From assembly GCA_037447605.1 (NCBI GenBank), contig CM074814.1, positions 1,736,001 through 1,800,000 of the forward strand: 64,000 nt of DNA, given 5' to 3'. Shown in pieces: positions 52,081 through 61,470 of this stretch (its first letter is position 1; each line of letters starts with the position of its first letter). A program made the position numbers and the translations under genes. This DNA comes from Zygnema circumcarinatum SAG 698-1b (Eukaryota; Plantae; Zygnematophyceae). The notes beneath the pieces were generated by a model. The model did no database searches. It was not told the origin of the DNA and saw nothing but the letters and a program-made list of their open reading frames with translations.

Positions 52081-52879
52081 TAAGGTACGATGTTGTTGCA
52101 GTGCATTAGGGTTCAGAAGACCGTGTAGGAGATCTTTGTGGAGAGAGGGTGTAAGGGAGAGGCGATGCAAATATCCATACATCGTAATTTTTCGATATTG
52201 TCGTAGTCTATTTCAGGGAACATAAGTTGTTCCTTCCTTTCATTTATGTTCGATCGGTCGAAGAGGATTTGTAGAAGCAGCTAGGTGGACTATCACTGTA
52301 TACCAGTTTTGACCGTGGGTGTCGTGACATTGACATTCGTTTCCCTTTGGAACTGTAACTATTTCATTGATTCTCTTAGAATTAGGATTCAGTCTTCCAG
52401 GGTTCAGGGTTACACTTGCCGTATCAATGCAGGCTTGTCTGATTGTCTGATTGCAATGAGCCTGCAAGCCTTGCAAGGAGTCTGCATCTGGAAGTGCGGC
52501 AAGGATTTTTCAAACCTTGCAAGGAGCCTGCACCTGAAAGCTTTGCAAGGAGTCTGAACCAACCTTTGCGTCGTTCACTCAAACATTCAATAATGATGCA
52601 GAGTTGGACCATAGATTCAGTATTGTTAATGGTCTCGAAACGCCCTTTCAGAAGTGTATCAAAAATGCTCGCGAGAAGTTGCAAAATGTTGGATGCATAG
52701 TTATATTTTTTAGTGTTTCAGTTTCGCGACAATTGCTCGCAAAACTTTTCCAATTTCAGTTGGAGCGCTGAAAAGTCTTTTGAACCTTCTTGTAAGAACT
52801 GCAGGATAGAAATTGATCGATATGTCAGTCGCAAGCTTGAAAACGTGTAGGAAAAAATCAGAATACACAACGAATGTTC

Positions 52880-53320
52880 CAAATACGATTCCCACTTCTT
52901 TGAACGTGTGATTAAATTTTGAGGGAACCCGTGTTTTGTCAATGGCTTGATCGGCTTTGCTCATGATCTTTGTCCCGTCCAGCTTAACTTTTGCAGATGA
53001 ATGCCTTGATGAAATCATTTTTCTGACTCGCCTCCCTTCCCATTCCAAATATCAGTGGAATAAGAGAGAGTTAGAAAGAAGTTCTCATCAAGGCATTCAC
53101 ATGCCAAGGTTAAACTTGGACATGACGGGGATCAGGACCAAAGCTGACCAAGCCAAGCCAAGCCAAGCCAAGCCATTGACGAAACACGGATTATGGACTG
53201 TAAAAAAAAAAGGAGTGTTGTAAAAATATCAATGGACAGTCTGAAATGGGAGGGTAGGAGAGTCAAAAAATGGATTTCATCGAGGTATTTACCTGCAGAG
53301 ATTAAGCTGGACTGGGTTTC
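52880..53320. repeat. Three diverged copies (one inverted) of a ~90-bp apparently protein-coding relic
   Basis: Minus ISSRHSSAKVKLDG..QAIDKTR; plus FSSRHSHAKVKL..QAIDETR; plus WEGRRVKKWISSRYLPAEIKLD; several differences are synonymous. Confidence 0.5.
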
Positions 53321-54524
53321 TGATCCTTATACCGCGATGATATATGGAAGGAATTTTTTGTTTTTGCTTGGGAAGAACAAAACCTCTGTAAGCGAGCGAG
53401 AGTTGCTGGACTTTTGAGGGCACGGCAGACACAATGCAGACACTTCTAGGGTTTCAATGCATACAGGTATTGAAACCGAGTGCCTTAACATAGACACAAG
53501 TTGAAATCAGCTTTCTTAGGTCGTTAAAAGGCCGATTGGATAGACATAGGTTAAAAGTAAGGCAGTTCCACAAATCTGACGAATCAAACAACGGCCTATA
53601 AATAATTAAGGACTTTATGGAGTTTCAGCGGGACATTACGACGAGTCAGATTTGATGTTTCCTTGGCGAGTTGAGCCAAACAGCTTTTACCGTAAAAAAA
53701 AAAAAACGATGCAAAGTTAGGTCAGAGCCGTGCTTGAAGGCCGCGGCCAGAAGGATGACGACAGCGCAGCTTGTACATATTTTATATTTCGTGCACAGTA
53801 ATCTTTATTATAACTTCTATATAATTTCACAACATCCCCACGGTACTTATTACAACAACTTTAGAAACGTGCTTCGTGAAATGATTGTGCGAACATTTAG
53901 AGCTACTTCAAGTAAGTTGCACGCAGGATATGGTTGCTTTCAGTACAAGAAATGGCTGTCAAGGGCAAAGTCTCACCAATTAGAATCGTGAACGGTGAAC
54001 TCAAAAGATCAACGAGATGTAAGAAAAGATTGAAAAGAACTATTATGCAATTTGACAAATCTAATATAGCAATGCCAGTAATATTCTCCTCATAACAAGC
54101 ATATCAAACAAGCGCTGCACTGCTTTTGAGCAGCAATTGCAGATGCCGCACGAGTAGCCTGCAAAGGCTGTCTAAGTTATTTCAACTTGGAGCTGTTTTC
54201 GTTCATCCATCTTCTTCGATGCGCACACGACGGCGAACGTATTTTGGCTCATAGTGTTGTGCGCGATGCGATTGCTGCGGTGGCTCAAGAAGCTAACTAC
54301 CTTGTGCGACGGGAGGCGAGCCACCTTGTGTCCCCACGACACAAGGTGTACCTTCCTTCGCCAGTGCGCCCATCGCTCCTTCGAGATACGCGCACGGCCC
54401 CGGAAGGAAGGAAGCCCTCCTCCGGCGATCCTGGCTGGCTACTGTACCTTTTATCGACAGCGCATTTCCGTCGCCCTTGAGCGCTGCCGTCCTCGCTTCT
54501 ACGCTTCTTCTTCGGCGTGAAGCT

Positions 54525-54753
54525 GCGGGTGTTGGTGGACTTCCCGCGCTCCCTCCTCCTCGGGATGTGCCGCACATCGGTGACTCACCTTCGCGGAGGG
54601 CTGCGTTGTGTGCCTAGGCGTACTTTTCCGCTCGTAGCTTATTTTACGTTTTATTGTGTTTCGATCCTTTGCTACCAGTCCCTCGTGGTTCCACATTTTG
54701 CTTTTGTCCATGTACTGTACATTTATTTGATGGCTTCGCCATCGTGGGTTCAA
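54525..54753 (-). repeat. Right copy of the dispersed inverted repeat (partner of 47990-48205)
   Basis: Reverse complement reads ATTGAACCCACGATGGCGAAGCCATCAAA..CATGGACAAAAGC..GTGGAACCACGAGGGACTGG..GGAAGTCCACCA. Confidence 0.75.
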
Positions 54754-57548
54754 TAAAAGTTTCCGCACAAACAAAATAATAAGAAAAACAAATGAAGTCC
54801 TTGCAAAGCAGCGCTGGCTTTCCCCTGGTCTACTTTTCGATATATTAGAACATCGAGCTGACAAGAAGTACAACAATTGACTTTCTATCCCATTAGTTGA
54901 TCACAGCTCTCAATGAACATACCTCGCCCTCCTTTCCCTGAGCGCAGCACGTTGTCGAGAAATCCCCGCAACAAAGGTCTCTCGCCATTTAACATAGCTT
55001 GCAGTTCTGCCCCTTAGACATGTGCAGCTGTCATCCTTCCCTCGTCAACAAAAACGACTAAAACAAGGAAAGTGGCGTGGGGGTGGTAGAGGGAGTGGAA
55101 AAGACAACGGGAAGAGTGGGAGAGAGAGCGAGAGTGGGAAAGAGACGCCGGCTTGTCTATGAGCTCTACTTTTTAAGACAATCCTCCAAGCTGGCACATC
55201 TAACTGCCTCAATGCGAAACATAGAACCCCCTTCCCTCTCCCCGCTCCCCCTCCTCTCTCTCTCTCTCCCTCACTCCCCATATATCTCTCCCTTTCTCCT
55301 TCGCTTCTACATTAGCCATTTCCCTCGCACTTCCCACTCTCCCTTCTTCTCTCACCAGCCAGAGACTCCCTATCCATTCCCTCTCGTCCTCCCCTTTCTC
55401 CACACACATCAAAACCAAACCATGACAATTTCCATAACCCTGAAACCTACAAGCCCTAAGAGCATTCCACCCTAATGTTCCCCCCTCTCTCCCACTGTCC
55501 CTACTCTCACCCTGCCGGTGTCATATGCAACACGGTGTCGTATCTCCCTCCTCCTCTCCATGGTAGCCTACACCATCTCTCTCTCACCGAAAATCCGAAC
55601 CCTCTCCCTCCCCCTTCCCCAGCATAACTCTGCTGATATCCTCCTCCTTGCCCGTATTGAGCACCGCTCTGTCCATACCTGTAATTACTACCACTCTCAC
55701 TACCACTACCACTACTACTACTACCAGTACCAGTACTACTGCTATCACTACCACTGCTGCTATTGCTCGTTCTGCTCTGCTGTTGGCAGTGGCCAAGTGG
55801 CAGCTGTACGACCTCCCTCTCTATTGTACTGCGCTCGGCGGCTATCATCACTACAAACCTGCGGCATGTAAATGGCTATGCTGAATGCTTGAGATCGAAT
55901 AGAGATAAAAATCAAAATGGAAGTAAATTCATATCAGTACCTTCTGTGCCATCTATCTGTTCATGAACAATACGAACTGATGCATGGAAATGAATGCTCG
56001 TTTCCAAAAAGCTATCACTTTTTAACAGAAGTTACAATGTTCTGTATGGTCTTTTTATTCTTCTTTAAATTTTCAAGTTACAATATACGATAAGATTACC
56101 TCATACGCTTCTGCTAACTCTTTGAATCGCGCTCCAATTTTTCCCAAAACCGCTCATCTCCGTGCATGTGTCGGTCCGGGTGCCATTGGAGTGCTAGCTG
56201 GCGAAATGCTGTCTGTTGAAAGCCAACTTAAAAAAAGAAATTTAAAGGTGAAACTAAACGGAGATAACTGTTAACAATTATGCAAATTGTAATGCCAAGT
56301 TTTAGACACAAATAGGACCCGTGATTTATTTGAAATTGATGCTTTCCTATTTAACACTATTTACGCTCAGAAAATACCCCACTTGTTCAGCAAAATGCGA
56401 GTCTATACACTATCGCTTTCCTCTCCTCTCCCTCTCGCTCTCCCTCTACCCCTATCTCTCTCTCTCGCTCTCGCTCTCGCTCTCTCTCTCTCCCTCTCCC
56501 TTGTTCAGCAACATGCGAGCTCCTTCNNNNNNNNNNCTCCCCCCTCCCCCCTCTCCCCGTCCCCCTCCCCCTCTCCATATCCCTCTCCCTCTCTCCCTCT
56601 CTCTCACTCTCTTTCAATTCTTCTTCGATCTGTACACGCATGCCTACCACATGTCCGATCCCCTGCCTCCCACAGCTTGATCTCTTGAGAGGTCGCCTCG
56701 CGCTTCACCCCCAGCACGCGGTAGTATTCCATGGAGAGGCAGAGCAGCGAGGGAAACAGGGAGAGGCAGAGCGAGGGGGACAGGGAGAGACAGTGGAAGG
56801 GAAAGGGCGAGGGCGAGGGAGAGAGCGGGAGAATGAGAGAAGGGAAGATATAAGATACCGGCAGACGACGAGAGATAAAGGAGGAGACAGCGGGGAAGGG
56901 AGAAGGCAGGCCCTCAAGGGTAGGGCGGCAGCCATGGCTGCAGGAAGCTTGCCGCGCGGACGCTCAAAGGGACGCCTCACGAGAGGCGGAGTGGGAGCAA
57001 CCAAGGCGTGACGTAACTTGACGTGACGAGACGCTACTATGTGACGTTCTGTGACGTCCTTTAAATATATGACCAATAAACGCTCGCCATGTGGTCGTGA
57101 TTTGACTCTGACCTTTACCGGCGGTCACCGCGGTCGATGGCTGAGAGCCAGCGTGGCAATCGTATCCTATGTGGCAGAAGTGTGTTCACGTGACGTCTAC
57201 CGATTGGATAATTTAAAAGAGAGAGAAAAAGAGAGTTTAAAAATGATGCATACGTGGCTGCCACGTGGGCGACTCGTCGGCAAACCGCGCCATGGAACCC
57301 GTGAACGCGTCGTGCGGAACCCTTTTTCGCTCCATAGAGCCTGTAGATTTTTGCGCCCATGCCATGCCATACATGGGCCAAAAGCGGGTTTCGTTGACTC
57401 TTTCCATGTACATCAGTTCCAGTTCCCGTGAGAATTGCACGTTTTTTTTGTAACCGGATCTAGTTACCGCCGGAGTCCTCGCACATGGAACCGTTTTCCT
57501 GCTTGGTCCAAAAGTACCCGTCGGCCTGAAAGGGCTCCCTTGGTCCCC

Positions 57549-58286
57549 TTAGGACTTGGCACGAGTTAGAAGCATGCCAAAATTGCGTTCTTTTCGTGGA
57601 GTTGTTAGTAAGAACTCGAGCAAGTTCGAATGAACTGACGAATTAAACGAGCTTTGCAAGGCGTTAAGTCCGCGCACGAGGACTTGTCCGGGCGCGCACA
57701 AAGCGTAGCCGTTAGAGCCCATAATCCAGGCGCGTAAGACTTTGGTGCGTGAACCAAAGGTCAAACCCAGAACGCGCTCTTGTTCATTTAAGAGAGTGTT
57801 CAAGCGCCCTGTGTTAGCACAAGGAACACGTAGGATAGCGCCGTCCGTGTTTGCTTGCAGGATGTCGGAACAGGATGAGAGCGATTTGAGCACCTCCAAA
57901 AGGATTAGCTGCCCATTTATGGTGATGCTATAGTACAGCTTAGGATTGTAAAGCAAAGAACCAGAAGCATTCAAATTGCCAACAATCGAAAGCAGAAGCA
58001 CTTTGTATGTGATTGATCGTCTCCGAAGCTCAATCTCGGGTGAAGCTTTCCACTTCAAGCGCAAGTCCCGCCATTCGCCTAGCTTGGCCAATAAGCGCTT
58101 AGCATAGTCTTGTGAAGAACCGATTATGTGGAATTCGGAGCCCTTCTGCAACAACTGAATAAGCAGTTCAATAGAAAACGCGGTAATGTCGATATGAAAA
58201 ATAGCATTCTCTGTATCGCTTTCAAACTCAACAATAGCCTGCTTGTTTCTGTGGATAGAGTGCAGCCCACCTAGCCCTACCTTGAA
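57549..58286 (-). CDS. Phage-type PolB copy truncated at its 3' end (..TRAKS*) by the junction with flanking DNA; 5' end in gap
   Basis: Same sequence as the N-terminal part of the full copies; stop TAA is created at the junction 57549-57551. Confidence 0.7.
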   Translation of the reverse strand, partial: FKVGLGGLHSIHRNKQAIVEFESDTENAIFHIDITAFSIELLIQLLQKGSEFHIIGSSQDYAKRLLAKLGEWRDLRLKWKASPEIELRRRSITYKVLLLSIVGNLNASGSLLYNPKLYYSITINGQLILLEVLKSLSSCSDILQANTDGAILRVPCANTGRLNTLLNEQERVLGLTFGSRTKVLRAWIMGSNGYALCAPGQVLVRGLNALQSSFNSSVHSNLLEFLLTTPRKERNFGMLLTRAKS

Positions 58287-58298
58287 TNNNNNNNNNNA

Positions 58299-59411
58299 TT
58301 CAAGGTAGGGCTAGGTGGGCTGCACTCTATCCACAGAAACAAGCAGGCTATTGTTGAGTTTGAAAGCGATACAGAGAATGCTATTTTTCATATCGACATT
58401 ACCGCGTTTTCTATTGAACTGCTTATTCAGTTGTTGCAGAAGGGCTCCGAATTCCACATAATCGGTTCTTCACAAGACTATGCTAAGCGCTTATTGGCCA
58501 AGCTAGGCGAATGGCGGGACTTGCGCTTGAAGTGGAAAGCTTCACCCGAGATTGAGCTTCGGAGACGATCAATCACATACAAAGTGCTTCTGCTTTCGAT
58601 TGTTGGCAATTTGAATGCTTCTGGTTCTTTGCTTTACAATCCTAAGCTGTACTATAGCATCACCATAAATGGGCAGCTAATCCTTTTGGAGGTGCTCAAA
58701 TCGCTCTCATCCTGTTCCGACATCCTGCAAGCAAACACGGACGGCGCTATCCTACGTGTTCCTTGTGCTAACACAGGGCGCTTGAACACTCTCTTAAATG
58801 AACAAGAGCGCGTTCTGGGTTTGACCTTTGGTTCACGCACCAAAGTCTTACGCGCCTGGATTATGGGCTCTAACGGCTACGCTTTGTGCGCGCCCGGACA
58901 AGTCCTCGTGCGCGGACTTAACGCCTTGCAAAGCTCGTTTAATTCGTCAGTTCATTCGAACTTGCTCGAGTTCTTACTAACAACTCCACGAAAAGAACGC
59001 AATTTTGGCATGCTTCTAACTCGTGCCAAGTCCTATCGCAAGTTTTGGGAGTTTGCCTGTGCAAAACGCAGCGCGAGCGAGTTGCCAGTGGTTTACATGT
59101 GTACGCTAGCGCACCGGGATGACATTGTTGTCCTTGAAAAGAGCGGAAAAGGCAAATTCCTTTGTTTGGTTTCCAAAGGCTCGCCCTTGGGTAGAGTAGA
59201 ATATTTCAAGTACATCTCAACTCAGTACGACTTCAAAAGGCGAGAAATTGAGTATGAGAACACTTTGCTCAATTCGGTGCCGTGGCGTTGCGTGGAGGCG
59301 AAGCGCAAATACAAACAGAAGTATACTGCAGACTACCCGCTTGAATCGCAAGAGTCTTTGAGGAAGTTTCTCGAGTTGCTTGAAGATAGGGACAGCTGCG
59401 CAAGGGTCTAA
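58299..59411 (+). CDS. Divergent family B DNA polymerase, tailed-phage (crAss-like) type, polymerase domain; 5' end lost in gap (at least 370 aa)
   Basis: Frame is open back to the gap: FKVGLGGLHS..HIDITAFSIELL (motif A region), YKVLLLSIVGNL (motif B region), LLYNPKLYYSITINGQLILL, ILQANTDG (motif C); intronless. Confidence 0.8.
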   Translation, partial: FKVGLGGLHSIHRNKQAIVEFESDTENAIFHIDITAFSIELLIQLLQKGSEFHIIGSSQDYAKRLLAKLGEWRDLRLKWKASPEIELRRRSITYKVLLLSIVGNLNASGSLLYNPKLYYSITINGQLILLEVLKSLSSCSDILQANTDGAILRVPCANTGRLNTLLNEQERVLGLTFGSRTKVLRAWIMGSNGYALCAPGQVLVRGLNALQSSFNSSVHSNLLEFLLTTPRKERNFGMLLTRAKSYRKFWEFACAKRSASELPVVYMCTLAHRDDIVVLEKSGKGKFLCLVSKGSPLGRVEYFKYISTQYDFKRREIEYENTLLNSVPWRCVEAKRKYKQKYTADYPLESQESLRKFLELLEDRDSCARV

Positions 59412-59770
59412 CGTTCAAGGAAGAGAAGCATGGAGCAGTCGTCTCGAGTCGCGAACTTGCTCTTGATGACAGCGGTGTTAAAGCAGTGCTCACGATGCGC
59501 ACTTAAGGGCGAGGTTTTGCTCGTAAATAGAAAGCTTCGGAGCTTGTGGACTTTCTCAATAGGCACGGGATTCGGGAATACACGCATGGCAAGTGTTCGA
59601 CTAGGATTGACAGCAACTATTGTAAGAACCAGACGCAACAAGGTGTCGCTCCGGGGAGTTTTCCGCTTACGGCTGACGTATTTATGGTTCTCACCCTTTT
59701 CACTGAGTTGGACGCTGGCTTTGAACCAGAGCGGATTTAGTACAGAGTTTATAGAAACGCTTCCAGCCAT
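59408..59770 (-). CDS. Hypothetical 120-aa basic protein convergent with PolB (mirror copy 59987-60349 on +)
   Basis: ATG at 59770 just inside the hairpin; its TAG (59408-59410) overlaps the PolB TAA (59409-59411); no family recognised. Confidence 0.4.
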   Translation of the reverse strand: MAGSVSINSVLNPLWFKASVQLSEKGENHKYVSRKRKTPRSDTLLRLVLTIVAVNPSRTLAMRVFPNPVPIEKVHKLRSFLFTSKTSPLSAHREHCFNTAVIKSKFATRDDCSMLLFLER

Positions 59771-59771
59771 G

Positions 59772-59985
59772 AGGGCGACCAGAGGGCGACCATAGGGAGC
59801 TCGCGCGGCGCTCACTGCGTTCGCTTGTTTCACCGTGAGCTTCGCGAACAGGCGACCGAAGGGTGACGAAGTCACAGGCGACCGTTCGCTCGCGCGGCGC
59901 TCACTGCGTTCGCTTGTTTCACGGTGAAACAAGCGAACGCAGTGAGCGCCGCGCGAGCTCCCTATGGTCGCCCTCTGGTCGCCCT
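59772..59985. repeat. Imperfect GC-rich hairpin junction between inverted arms
   Basis: 80-bp asymmetric spacer 59839-59918 with GTGAC-GAA-GTCAC mini-hairpin; 35-bp segment repeated to form a local perfect hairpin 59888-59958; repeated GGCGACC motifs. Confidence 0.8.
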
Positions 59986-60345
59986 CATGGCTGGAAGCGT
60001 TTCTATAAACTCTGTACTAAATCCGCTCTGGTTCAAAGCCAGCGTCCAACTCAGTGAAAAGGGTGAGAACCATAAATACGTCAGCCGTAAGCGGAAAACT
60101 CCCCGGAGCGACACCTTGTTGCGTCTGGTTCTTACAATAGTTGCTGTCAATCCTAGTCGAACACTTGCCATGCGTGTATTCCCGAATCCCGTGCCTATTG
60201 AGAAAGTCCACAAGCTCCGAAGCTTTCTATTTACGAGCAAAACCTCGCCCTTAAGTGCGCATCGTGAGCACTGCTTTAACACCGCTGTCATCAAGAGCAA
60301 GTTCGCGACTCGAGACGACTGCTCCATGCTTCTCTTCCTTGAACG

Positions 60346-61458
60346 TTAGACCCTTGCGCAGCTGTCCCTATCTTCAAGCAACTCGAGAAACTTCCTCAAA
60401 GACTCTTGCGATTCAAGCGGGTAGTCTGCAGTATACTTCTGTTTGTATTTGCGCTTCGCCTCCACGCAACGCCACGGCACCGAATTGAGCAAAGTGTTCT
60501 CATACTCAATTTCTCGCCTTTTGAAGTCGTACTGAGTTGAGATGTACTTGAAATATTCTACTCTACCCAAGGGCGAGCCTTTGGAAACCAAACAAAGGAA
60601 TTTGCCTTTTCCGCTCTTTTCAAGGACAACAATGTCATCCCGGTGCGCTAGCGTACACATGTAAACCACTGGCAACTCGCTCGCGCTGCGTTTTGCACAG
60701 GCAAACTCCCAAAACTTGCGATAGGACTTGGCACGAGTTAGAAGCATGCCAAAATTGCGTTCTTTTCGTGGAGTTGTTAGTAAGAACTCGAGCAAGTTCG
60801 AATGAACTGACGAATTAAACGAGCTTTGCAAGGCGTTAAGTCCGCGCACGAGGACTTGTCCGGGCGCGCACAAAGCGTAGCCGTTAGAGCCCATAATCCA
60901 GGCGCGTAAGACTTTGGTGCGTGAACCAAAGGTCAAACCCAGAACGCGCTCTTGTTCATTTAAGAGAGTGTTCAAGCGCCCTGTGTTAGCACAAGGAACA
61001 CGTAGGATAGCGCCGTCCGTGTTTGCTTGCAGGATGTCGGAACAGGATGAGAGCGATTTGAGCACCTCCAAAAGGATTAGCTGCCCATTTATGGTGATGC
61101 TATAGTACAGCTTAGGATTGTAAAGCAAAGAACCAGAAGCATTCAAATTGCCAACAATCGAAAGCAGAAGCACTTTGTATGTGATTGATCGTCTCCGAAG
61201 CTCAATCTCGGGTGAAGCTTTCCACTTCAAGCGCAAGTCCCGCCATTCGCCTAGCTTGGCCAATAAGCGCTTAGCATAGTCTTGTGAAGAACCGATTATG
61301 TGGAATTCGGAGCCCTTCTGCAACAACTGAATAAGCAGTTCAATAGAAAACGCGGTAATGTCGATATGAAAAATAGCATTCTCTGTATCGCTTTCAAACT
61401 CAACAATAGCCTGCTTGTTTCTGTGGATAGAGTGCAGCCCACCTAGCCCTACCTTGAA
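60346..61458 (-). CDS. Phage-type PolB, inverted identical copy; 5' end in gap
   Basis: Identical translation to 58299-59411. Confidence 0.8.
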   Translation of the reverse strand, partial: FKVGLGGLHSIHRNKQAIVEFESDTENAIFHIDITAFSIELLIQLLQKGSEFHIIGSSQDYAKRLLAKLGEWRDLRLKWKASPEIELRRRSITYKVLLLSIVGNLNASGSLLYNPKLYYSITINGQLILLEVLKSLSSCSDILQANTDGAILRVPCANTGRLNTLLNEQERVLGLTFGSRTKVLRAWIMGSNGYALCAPGQVLVRGLNALQSSFNSSVHSNLLEFLLTTPRKERNFGMLLTRAKSYRKFWEFACAKRSASELPVVYMCTLAHRDDIVVLEKSGKGKFLCLVSKGSPLGRVEYFKYISTQYDFKRREIEYENTLLNSVPWRCVEAKRKYKQKYTADYPLESQESLRKFLELLEDRDSCARV

Positions 61459-61470
61459 TNNNNNNNNNNA

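Noticed and set aside
56527-56536. 10-N gap in a CT-rich tract
   Set aside because: Assembly gap in simple sequence; not biological
58299-58700. Organellar RNA editing restoring the canonical PolB motifs
   Set aside because: TCT to TAT, ATT to CCN and Leu to Asn or Val to Tyr cannot arise from C-to-U or U-to-C editing
59430-59795. 121-aa + strand ORF (and its mirror copies) as a gene
   Set aside because: It is fully antisense to the 120-aa ORF whose stop interlocks with PolB; no recognisable features, so it is treated as a shadow ORF, though this is not proven
59772-59985. AAV ITR or vector contamination (shares CGCTCACTG and GGGCGACCA with the AAV2 ITR as recalled)
   Set aside because: Only ~9-nt matches, no (GAGC)n array or T-shaped B/C arms, and the adjacent ORFs are not rep/cap or vector genes
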